DNA of 15,381 nt, from the NCBI GenBank assembly GCA_964510165.1, contig CAZEBC010000074.1, forward strand, positions 2,042 through 17,422, written 5' to 3'. The notes beneath the pieces were generated by a model. The model was given only the letters and a program-made list of their open reading frames with translations, did no database searches and had not been told where the DNA came from. This DNA is from an uncultured bacterium (GTDB taxonomy: Bacteria; Abyssobacteria; SURF-5). The translations under genes were made by a program, and so were the position numbers. Position 1 is the stretch's first letter. Every line of letters begins with the position of its first letter. Of this stretch, positions 1 through 7,060 are shown one piece after another.

Positions 1-140
1 GGCTGTTTGACATGGAATGTCTTTTGCGTGGCCTCTCTGGCGACGGCAATGATTCGCTGCCGGGCCTGCCTTTTTTTGTCCTCCTCCTTGAGATACTGCT
101 GGATGTCGCTGATGAGTTTATCTAAGTAGTCCTCGTGCAT
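1..140 (-). CDS. Hypothetical protein, 5' part only (runs off the left edge)
   Basis: ATG at 140-138 preceded by purine-rich GGAAAGGG. The frame is open to the edge (MHEDYLDKLISDIQQYLKEEDKKRQARQRIIAVAREATQKTFHVKQ...) and overlaps the dinB 3' end by 19 nt. Not in the ORF track because it is truncated. Confidence 0.6.
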   Translation of the reverse strand, partial: MHEDYLDKLISDIQQYLKEEDKKRQARQRIIAVAREATQKTFHVKQ

Positions 141-1354
141 CCCTTTCCGTGCTCCTTTCCAGGGTCCGACGCAACGCCTCGCTTATCGGAACGACTCCGC
201 GGGGGCTCTTGAGAGGCCCGCGAGATGGCGGAGTCGCCGAATTTCCTTCGGATATTGTCAATCGTGCTCATGGTCCGACGACTTCTTTCGCCACTGTCGG
301 AAAAAAGGGTCATCTGGCCTGACGGCCGGTCGAGGCCGGATGCTACGACGCCGAGCAGCCTTATCTTCTGTCCGCCGAGCGGAACGGCATGAAACAACTT
401 CCAGGACACCTGGAAGATGCGGTCGTCGGTGTCGGCAGGTTCTGACAGGGTGCGCCCGCGCGTCATGGTCGTGAAATCGGCCAGTCTCACCTTTATGCCG
501 ATGGTTCTCGCGACGAGCCCTTCCTGTCTGAGCCTGGCGCTCACCATGTCCGACAGTTCCGCGAAGGTCCGCCGGATGAGTTCCATATCGTCCGTGTCCT
601 TCTCGAACGTGGTCTCGTGGCTGACTGATTTCGCTTCGGCTTCGGCGACGACCTCGTCGTCATCAATTCCGTGCGAAAGCTCATAAAGGCGGTCGCCCCG
701 CTTGCCAAACAGGCGCCGTAATTCCTCCCTCGACTTTTCGGCAAGCTGGCCGATCGTCTCGATCTCCAACTCCGTCATGCATCTGGCGCTCACTTTACCC
801 ACACCGTGTATTCGCTGCACGGGCAGGCCCCTGAGGAAATCGGCCTCCTCGCCCGGTTCGATAACAACGAAGCCATCGGGCTTGCCGTGCTCCGACGCCA
901 TCTTCGCCAAGAATTTATTTGGCGCGATGCCGACCGAGGCCGTCAGGTTCAGTTCGTCTCGCACCCGTCGCTTGATTTCTCTTGCGATGTTCTCGACGCC
1001 GCCGTATAATTTCTCGCTCGCGGTCACGTCCAGATACGCCTCGTCGAGCGACACCGGCTCAACGAGCGGGGTATAGCTTGAGAGTATCGCGTGCAGTTGT
1101 TTGGAAACCGCGGCGTATTTCTCCATGTTTACGGGCAGGAACGCCCCCTCCGGACAGAGCCGGCGCGCGGTCTTCAAAGGCATCGCGCTGTGCACCCCAT
1201 AGGTACGGGCTTCGTATGAGGCCGCCGACACGACCCCTCTCTGCCCGCCGACGCCACCCACTATCACCGGCTTTCCGGCCAGGGACGGATTGTCCCGCTG
1301 CTCTATGGACGCATAAAAGGCATCCATATCAACGTGTATGATCGTTCGAGCCAT
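122..1354 (-). CDS. dinB: DNA polymerase IV (Y-family translesion polymerase)
   Basis: Y-family motifs IIHVDMDAFYASIEQ, SAASYEAR.YGVHSAM, SLDEAYLD and ASVGIAPNKFLAKMAS..KPDG. HhH region (IHGVG), little-finger region (KSVSHETTF) and a beta-clamp-binding-like QMTLF near the C-terminus. Confidence 0.96.
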   Translation of the reverse strand: MARTIIHVDMDAFYASIEQRDNPSLAGKPVIVGGVGGQRGVVSAASYEARTYGVHSAMPLKTARRLCPEGAFLPVNMEKYAAVSKQLHAILSSYTPLVEPVSLDEAYLDVTASEKLYGGVENIAREIKRRVRDELNLTASVGIAPNKFLAKMASEHGKPDGFVVIEPGEEADFLRGLPVQRIHGVGKVSARCMTELEIETIGQLAEKSREELRRLFGKRGDRLYELSHGIDDDEVVAEAEAKSVSHETTFEKDTDDMELIRRTFAELSDMVSARLRQEGLVARTIGIKVRLADFTTMTRGRTLSEPADTDDRIFQVSWKLFHAVPLGGQKIRLLGVVASGLDRPSGQMTLFSDSGERSRRTMSTIDNIRRKFGDSAISRASQEPPRSRSDKRGVASDPGKEHGKGCTRTT

Positions 1355-1458
1355 GGCCTATGTCGGGACCATCGGGGTGGCCAGCCAGAGTCTGCTCCTA
1401 AAGGCAATAACCCATAGGGTTGGACGAGACAGAAACAAACACTTGAGAAGGCGAGATG

Positions 1459-1487
1459 ATTTTATCGAAACCGAAGACGCTTGTCAA
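1459..1487 (-). promoter_or_regulatory. sigma70-like promoter of dinB
   Basis: Minus strand TTGACA (1487-1482), 17-nt spacer, TAAAAT (1464-1459), about 100 nt upstream of the dinB ATG. Confidence 0.7.
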
Positions 1488-1553
1488 TTGCCCAATGTTC
1501 GGCGGAGAGCAGCATGGCCGCTACCAATAACGCGACATGAAGGAGGGGTGCTC

Positions 1554-2435
1554 TCACGGGTTTTCTCCATCCGGTTCCGGCCTGTTATCCATGGCGGCAC
1601 CTTCTTGTTTCCTCATCAGCGACTCCACTATCCGGTCAATGTCCTTCTCGGGCACGATGTCGGGATGGTGTCGGCGCATCCGGGTTACAATGGCCTCCCA
1701 TTCCTCGCGCGAGCGTGGGGCCTTCAGCACTTCTGGTGCGTCGTGACACGACACGCAGTATGTGTCGACGGGGTCCGCTCCGGGCGCCGTGGATACGGGC
1801 CGGGGCGATACGTTTTCCACAAGGTAGTATAGGATATGGTTTGCTTCATCGATGGTCATCATGGAATGCGACCTTTCGATCATCTCCCCGACAATCGCCT
1901 CCCACGCCTCTTCGCCCCGAGGCTTCAGAATGTTTGACAACGAGTGGCATGAGGAGCACTTCTCGACCAAAAGCCCCTTTCCCAACTCAGGATCGACTAT
2001 GGGGGCATCTCCATAGCTCAACTCGGCCTTCTTCTCTATCCTCCAGATAAGGTGATGACTGCTCGTGAGCGATATGAGCGCAAACGCCAGCAGATACGCC
2101 CCTGTGCCCAGGATGAACATGTGGCCGCTCAAGCGTTTGTAGAACCGGGCGATCAGAATCTTCAGGGTCAACAAGAAGAGGAACGTGAACGCGAGCGTCA
2201 CGTGGACCGCAACCACCGGCGAAGTTGGGAACCAGTACCCCGAAGCCCTCCAAAGCATCGTGGCGAACATAAAAAGCGCCAGAGCAGTAAAGATGTAGCC
2301 GGTTATCTTGTGCCAGCGTATGTACCGGCGAGGGTCCTCGATCTTTCGTCCCTGAACCGACAGCATTGTGTAGAGCGGAGCAAGCCCTACCACCAACAAC
2401 GCAATCGCGACTATTATGCTTGGCAATGGTTTCAT
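1554..2435 (-). CDS. Membrane-bound diheme cytochrome c with an N-terminal 4-TM His-containing domain
   Basis: AAGGAG RBS and four hydrophobic segments in the first ~125 aa. Two CxxCH motifs (CSSCH 1958-1944, CVSCH 1757-1743), each followed by W-x-x-I-V-x-x-M, the Met being a likely axial ligand. Confidence 0.85.
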   Translation of the reverse strand: MKPLPSIIVAIALLVVGLAPLYTMLSVQGRKIEDPRRYIRWHKITGYIFTALALFMFATMLWRASGYWFPTSPVVAVHVTLAFTFLFLLTLKILIARFYKRLSGHMFILGTGAYLLAFALISLTSSHHLIWRIEKKAELSYGDAPIVDPELGKGLLVEKCSSCHSLSNILKPRGEEAWEAIVGEMIERSHSMMTIDEANHILYYLVENVSPRPVSTAPGADPVDTYCVSCHDAPEVLKAPRSREEWEAIVTRMRRHHPDIVPEKDIDRIVESLMRKQEGAAMDNRPEPDGENP

Positions 2436-2459
2436 TGCAAGAGCTCCTTCTTAATGAGC

Positions 2460-2519
2460 GTCGTGCGCGGCCCGAGCATGCGCTCAACACCCCATATGCG
2501 ATGCTCAGTCTGGCACGAC
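2460..2519. other. Long imperfect inverted repeat / hairpin upstream of the cytochrome gene
   Basis: Nested arms GTCGTGC (2460-2466)/GCACGAC (2513-2519), GAGCAT (2474-2479)/ATGCTC (2501-2506) and CGC (2481-2483)/GCG (2498-2500). Confidence 0.5.
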
Positions 2520-2705
2520 TCCTTGTCCTCATGTGGATAGTCCTTCGGGGAATCGGTGTGGGGAGTATGAAAAGATTGGATATTGGTGAGCTATGTGGAA
2601 CTAAGAAAAGTTAGCCATCTCCACCTTCCTGGACCGCGCTGTTCTATTTTCAATATGTCATGTGGGGGACGGCCCGGCAAGACCTGTCCGTGTTCGCCAA
2701 CGGAT

Positions 2706-2738
2706 TTGAGCGAATCAATACAACTGTGATACTATACT
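2706..2738 (+). promoter_or_regulatory. Possible promoter for the glycosyltransferase gene
   Basis: TTGAGC (2706-2711), 16 nt, GATACT (2728-2733) with an upstream TG. An overlapping TATACT lies at 2733-2738, in AT-rich DNA just before the ATG at 2760. Confidence 0.35.
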
Positions 2739-2759
2739 TACACTGGCTCGGACGAACTA

Positions 2760-4550
2760 ATGGAACGCACCAGATTCATTGCTTTTATCACATCCTCGAG
2801 GCTTTTCCACATCCTTGTGGTGTTCCTACTGGCGCTCTCGATTCGGATGGTGTATCTCTACCAGATACACGACAACCCTTTCTTTGACCATCTCTTGATT
2901 GACGAGTACGCCTACGACCAATGGGCACAGCAGATTGCGGCAGGTGACTGGCTGGGAAAAGAGGTGTTCTACCAGGACCCGCTCTACCCTTACTTCCTCG
3001 GAACAATTTATTCGATTATCGGCCGCGATTACGTGTGGGTGCGCGTGATACAACTGGTCATCGGGTCGGCAAGCTGCGTGCTCATCTATATGATCGGAAA
3101 ATCATTCTTTAACCCCGTTACCGGTCTCACGGCGGGCATCCTGGCCGCGCTGTACAAGCCCTTTTTTTATTTCGAAGCCATGTTTCTGAAGTCTTTTCTG
3201 GGCGTCTTCCTGATCTGTCTCCTCATCGTCCTGCTGGCCTACGCTCGGTCCAGGCGCTCATTTCTCTTGTGGGTCACGGCCGGCTTCGTCCTGGGACTGC
3301 TTGCGCTTGTGCGGGCGAACACGCTCGCGCTTGCCGGAGGGGTGCTTATATGGCTGTTCGTTGGATTGGAAACCGAAAAGTTGAGCTACAAGCTCACAGC
3401 CTTCGCGGGTTTCATGGTTGGACTGGCAATCGTTACCATGACTGTATGCGCGCGAAATTATGTGGTTGGCAAGGACATCGTGCTTCTTACGTCGCAAGGA
3501 GGCCAGAATTTTCTCATCGGCAACAACCCTTGGAACAAGAGCGGGCGGTATGAGCCGCCCATATTCGTGCGGCCCAACCCGCGATACGAGCAGAGGGACT
3601 TCCTCGCGCGGGCCGAGGCCGTGCTTGGCCGTAAGCTCAAGCCCTCGGAAGTCTCGAAGTATTGGTTCGGTGAGGCCTTCAGCTTCATACGCCAACAGCC
3701 ATGGCAATGGCTGAAGCTCATGTGGCTGAAGACCTGGATGTTCTGGAATTGGTATGAGGTGCCGGACAACCAGAATTTCTATTTCTTCAGTCAGTATTCC
3801 TCGCTGCTCAGGATGCCGCTGCCCGATTTCAGGATGATGGCGGCACTGGGGCTGGGCGCGATGGCGCTCGGTCTCACTCGCTGGAAAAAGCTGCTTCTTC
3901 TCCACCTGATGGTCGTTCTTTACTCCGCTACCGTGATCCTGTTTTATGTGTTTGACCGTTACAAGCTGCCCGTGGCGCCTCCTCTGATCGTGTTTGCCGC
4001 ATCTCTCGTGGCGTCCATTCCCGAAATGATCGCCACAAGGCGCCTCTTCAGGCTGTCAGTGGGAATCTCGCTCGCCGCGATTCTCTACATCCTGTTGGGG
4101 ACCCATGTCAACCCGGAGGAGTACTACAGTGACTCCGCCAACGCATATTCCCGCCTCGGGAGCGTGTATCTAGCGGAGGGCAAATTGGACGAAGCGCTTC
4201 AGGCGTATCAGGAATCGGTGAACATCATGCCCTATCATTGGACCGGATATTACGGCCTCGGAAGCACATACGACCGCAAGAAACAGTTTGATCTCGCGCT
4301 CGAAAACTATACCCTGGCAAGGAGATACAATCCGGGAAACCCTGATATCTGCGGGCACATGGCCCGAATCTATTATCTCAAGGGGGAATTTGAGACGAGC
4401 GCGGAATTGTACCGCGAGGCCGTGAGATTGAAGCCCGACTGGCCGAAGCCATACTACATGCTTTCTGTGATTTACGACCTTCTGGGGAACCACGAGCAGG
4501 CGGAACTCCACCTGAAGAAATGGAAGGAACTCAGGCTGCTCAAAGAATGA
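2760..4550 (+). CDS. GT-C fold membrane glycosyltransferase (PMT/ArnT-like) with C-terminal TPR repeats
   Basis: N-terminal TM helix followed by an acidic IDE motif in the first loop, a PLYPYFL motif and about 10-12 TM segments. GGQNF.IGNNP loop. C-terminal TPR units (AYSRLGSVYLAEGKLDEALQAYQESVNIMP; YYGLGSTYDRKKQFDLALENY; HMARIYYLKGEFETSAELYREAVRLKP). Confidence 0.85.
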   Translation: MERTRFIAFITSSRLFHILVVFLLALSIRMVYLYQIHDNPFFDHLLIDEYAYDQWAQQIAAGDWLGKEVFYQDPLYPYFLGTIYSIIGRDYVWVRVIQLVIGSASCVLIYMIGKSFFNPVTGLTAGILAALYKPFFYFEAMFLKSFLGVFLICLLIVLLAYARSRRSFLLWVTAGFVLGLLALVRANTLALAGGVLIWLFVGLETEKLSYKLTAFAGFMVGLAIVTMTVCARNYVVGKDIVLLTSQGGQNFLIGNNPWNKSGRYEPPIFVRPNPRYEQRDFLARAEAVLGRKLKPSEVSKYWFGEAFSFIRQQPWQWLKLMWLKTWMFWNWYEVPDNQNFYFFSQYSSLLRMPLPDFRMMAALGLGAMALGLTRWKKLLLLHLMVVLYSATVILFYVFDRYKLPVAPPLIVFAASLVASIPEMIATRRLFRLSVGISLAAILYILLGTHVNPEEYYSDSANAYSRLGSVYLAEGKLDEALQAYQESVNIMPYHWTGYYGLGSTYDRKKQFDLALENYTLARRYNPGNPDICGHMARIYYLKGEFETSAELYREAVRLKPDWPKPYYMLSVIYDLLGNHEQAELHLKKWKELRLLKE

Positions 4551-4555
4551 GCGGG

Positions 4556-5656
4556 TCAGGCCGTCACCGTCTCGATTCGCTTCGCGACGGCCTTGCCCAT
4601 CTCGCGCGTGCCGACCGGCGGATACGGGTCTCCGTCGGTCCAGAGGTCAGCGGTGAGATATTTGCCCTCGTTCAGCACATCTGCTACGGCGCGCTCAAGC
4701 CGCGCGGCTGCTTCAGTCTCGCCGATATGCTCGAGCAAGAGCGCCGTGGAGAGCAGCATACCAGTCGGGTTGGCCTTGTTCTGGCCCGCGATATCCGGCG
4801 CGATGCCGTGCGTGGCCTCGAACACCGCGAACTCGTCCCCCATATTGGCGCCCGGCGCGACACCCAGCCCGCCGATCAATCCCGCCGCAAGGTCCGAGAT
4901 GATGTCGCCATACAGGTTCGGCAGAACGAGCACGTCATACTTCTCCGGGTACTGCACAAGCTGCATGCACATGTTGTCGACCAGCTTGTGCTCGTACTCG
5001 ATGTCCGGATAGCGCTTGCTCACGTCCGCCGCGACGTTCATGAACAACCCGTCAGTGTATTTCATGATGTTGGCCTTGTCTATCGCGGTCACCTTTCTGC
5101 GGCCGCGGCGCCTTGCGTACTCGAATGCGAAGGTCACTATCCGTTCGGACGCCTTGACTGAGATCGGTTTGAGGCTGATGCCCGTGTCGCAGTCCAGCTC
5201 GACCCCTTTTTGCTCCCGCAGAAACTTGAGGAGTTGGTTATCCTCTCCGCAGCTTTCCATGAACTCGATGCCCGCGTACAAATCCTCCGTGTTCTCACGG
5301 ACAATGACGAGGTCGATCCCGTCGGGATTCATGATGCGGCAGCGGATGCCTTTATAATACTTGCAGGGTCTGAGGCAGGCATAGAGGTCCAGTTTCTGGC
5401 GAAGCTGAACGTTGACGCTCCTGAAACCCTTGCCGATGGGCGTCTCCAGCGGGCCTTTCAAAGCGACCTTGTTGCGCCTGATCGAGTCGAGCACCCTCTC
5501 GGGCAGCGGGGTTCCATCTTGTTCGGCGGCCGTGGCGCCTGCCGGCTGAACCTCCCACTCTATATCCACCCCCAGCGCCGAGACGCACTCCTTGACAACC
5601 TCGGCAATCTCCGGCCCAACGCCGTCGCCGGGTATCAGAGTGATATTACGAGTCAT
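4556..5656 (-). CDS. Isocitrate/isopropylmalate dehydrogenase family protein, most like NAD-dependent isocitrate dehydrogenase
   Basis: Motifs ITLIPGDGVGPEI, ALKGPLETP, the isocitrate-type RSVNVQLR, IVRENTEDLY, KANIMK, PNLYGDIISD and FEATHGIAPDIAG.NKANP. The Asp-Ile pair there is typical of NAD-preferring members. Confidence 0.88.
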   Translation of the reverse strand: MTRNITLIPGDGVGPEIAEVVKECVSALGVDIEWEVQPAGATAAEQDGTPLPERVLDSIRRNKVALKGPLETPIGKGFRSVNVQLRQKLDLYACLRPCKYYKGIRCRIMNPDGIDLVIVRENTEDLYAGIEFMESCGEDNQLLKFLREQKGVELDCDTGISLKPISVKASERIVTFAFEYARRRGRRKVTAIDKANIMKYTDGLFMNVAADVSKRYPDIEYEHKLVDNMCMQLVQYPEKYDVLVLPNLYGDIISDLAAGLIGGLGVAPGANMGDEFAVFEATHGIAPDIAGQNKANPTGMLLSTALLLEHIGETEAAARLERAVADVLNEGKYLTADLWTDGDPYPPVGTREMGKAVAKRIETVTA

Positions 5657-5662
5657 AGGTTC

Positions 5663-6988
5663 TCACAGATGTATATGAAACTCAAAATCGCCCTCCTCCA
5701 GCAGCGCCCTCACCCGCTGGAGGAATTGAATGGATGTCGCGCCGTCCACAATCCGGTGGTCATACGACAGGCATAGATACATCATCGGCCGGATCGCGAT
5801 CGCGTCATCCACGACGACCGCGCGCTTCACTATTGCCTCGGTTCCCAGTATCGCGGCTTGAGGCTGATTGATAATGGGCGTGGAAAGAACGGCGCCGTAA
5901 AACCCGGGATTCGTGATGCTGAACGTGCCCCCCTGTATTTCATTGAGCGACAGCCGCCCTTCTCTAGCTCGGCGCGCAAGCGAGTCGAGTGTCCGGGCAA
6001 GCTCCTCCACTCCAAGCCGGTCGCAGTTGCGAATGACCGGCGTCATCAGGCCGCGCTCGGTCTGCACCGATATCCCTATGTGATAGTATCGCTTCAGAAT
6101 TATCGTGTCATCTTGCAGCGTGGAATTAAGGTACGGGAATTCCTTGAGCGCTTGGACGGTCGCCGGAAGAATGAACGCGAGATAGCTGAGAGAAATTCCA
6201 TATTTCTGGCGGAAGGCGTCCTTGTTACCCTCGCGCAGCGCGACCACCTTCGACATGTCCACCTCAGCGATGGTGGTCACATGCGGCGAAGTGCGCTTAC
6301 TTCGGACCATGTGCTCCGCAATGGCTTTGCGCATTCCCTCGAGCGGAACCGTTTCCTCGATTTCTTCGGGTTTCTTCGCCGCAACCGGCCGTTCCGGCCT
6401 CTTGGGAGAGGGCGCCTTTCCTTTTTCCTTCACGGCGATGTGATCGAGAAGGTCCTCTTTTGTCACGCGGCCGTCAAGACCGCTCCCCTCGACCTCGGCC
6501 AGGTCTATGCCATGCTCTTTGGCCATGCGGCGAACGAGCGGCGACGATTTCGTGCGCCTGCGCTCGGCAACGCTCTCGATTTCTGCTCCTTCTTCCTCGA
6601 CCCCTGCCGCTGGTCTCACCTCTTTCGACTTTTCCTCGGGTGGCGGCGGCTTTTCTTCCGACACTTTCTTCGGCTTTTCCTCTTTCGGGGGCGCTTTCTT
6701 CTCTTCTTCCTTCTTCGGAGTGGGCTTCTCTTCTTCGATCTCCTCGCCGGGCGCGGCGATTATGGCGAGCAGGCCGCCCACTTCCACTTCATCGCCCTCC
6801 TCGGCCAGTATCTTTTTGAGCACACCCTCGCCGGGCGAAGGGATTTCGACATTCGCTTTGTCGGTCGCAATTTCGAGAAGCGGCTCATCCATGGTCACCT
6901 CCTCGCCAACCTGTTTCAGCCACTTCACGATCGTTCCGCTAACGACCGATTCGCCCACTTCCGGCATTATCACTTGAGTCGCCATCAT
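5663..6988 (-). CDS. 2-oxoacid dehydrogenase E2, dihydrolipoamide acyltransferase (single lipoyl domain)
   Basis: Lipoyl domain (IATDKANVEIPSP), Pro/Glu/Lys-rich linker, E3/E1-binding domain (SPLVRRMAKEHGIDL..VEGSGLDGRVTKEDL) and catalytic GGTFSITN and LSYDHRIVDG. Start is 6988 or 6985 (ATGATG) after GAAGGGGG. Confidence 0.95.
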   Translation of the reverse strand: MMATQVIMPEVGESVVSGTIVKWLKQVGEEVTMDEPLLEIATDKANVEIPSPGEGVLKKILAEEGDEVEVGGLLAIIAAPGEEIEEEKPTPKKEEEKKAPPKEEKPKKVSEEKPPPPEEKSKEVRPAAGVEEEGAEIESVAERRRTKSSPLVRRMAKEHGIDLAEVEGSGLDGRVTKEDLLDHIAVKEKGKAPSPKRPERPVAAKKPEEIEETVPLEGMRKAIAEHMVRSKRTSPHVTTIAEVDMSKVVALREGNKDAFRQKYGISLSYLAFILPATVQALKEFPYLNSTLQDDTIILKRYYHIGISVQTERGLMTPVIRNCDRLGVEELARTLDSLARRAREGRLSLNEIQGGTFSITNPGFYGAVLSTPIINQPQAAILGTEAIVKRAVVVDDAIAIRPMMYLCLSYDHRIVDGATSIQFLQRVRALLEEGDFEFHIHL

Positions 6989-7017
6989 TGGCCCCCTTCG
7001 GAAATCGCGCGTTAGTT

Positions 7018-7047
7018 TGTAGGGGCACGGCGCGCCGTGCCCCTACA
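7018..7047. repeat. Perfect 30-bp palindrome, GTAG-type REP-like element
   Basis: TGTAGGGGCACGGCGCGCCGTGCCCCTACA equals its own reverse complement. It lies between the E1-beta and E2 genes. Confidence 0.85.
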
Positions 7048-7060
7048 GGACTTTCACCGT

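Noticed and set aside
44..77. Hairpin CGGCA..TGCCG with a nearby T7 run, resembling a + strand terminator
   Set aside because: The stem is separated from the T-run, no + strand gene ends here within the window, and the T-run is explained by Lys/Arg codons of the minus-strand ORF.
2511..2527. TGGCACG...TTGT resembling a sigma54 promoter
   Set aside because: It fails the GG-N10-GC spacing and lacks the -12 GC. The sequence is better explained as a hairpin arm.
1987..2614. Alternative ORFs 1987-2532(-), 2052-2540(+) and 2366-2614(+)
   Set aside because: They overlap the well-supported cytochrome gene, are mostly Arg/Ser-rich and have no recognisable motifs.
6590..6745. CTT/TTC-rich low-complexity tract
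   Set aside because: It encodes the normal Glu/Lys/Pro-rich E2 linker and is not an independent repeat.
5858..7015. 385-aa + strand ORF
   Set aside because: Antisense shadow of E2, as expected in GC-rich DNA, with no motifs.
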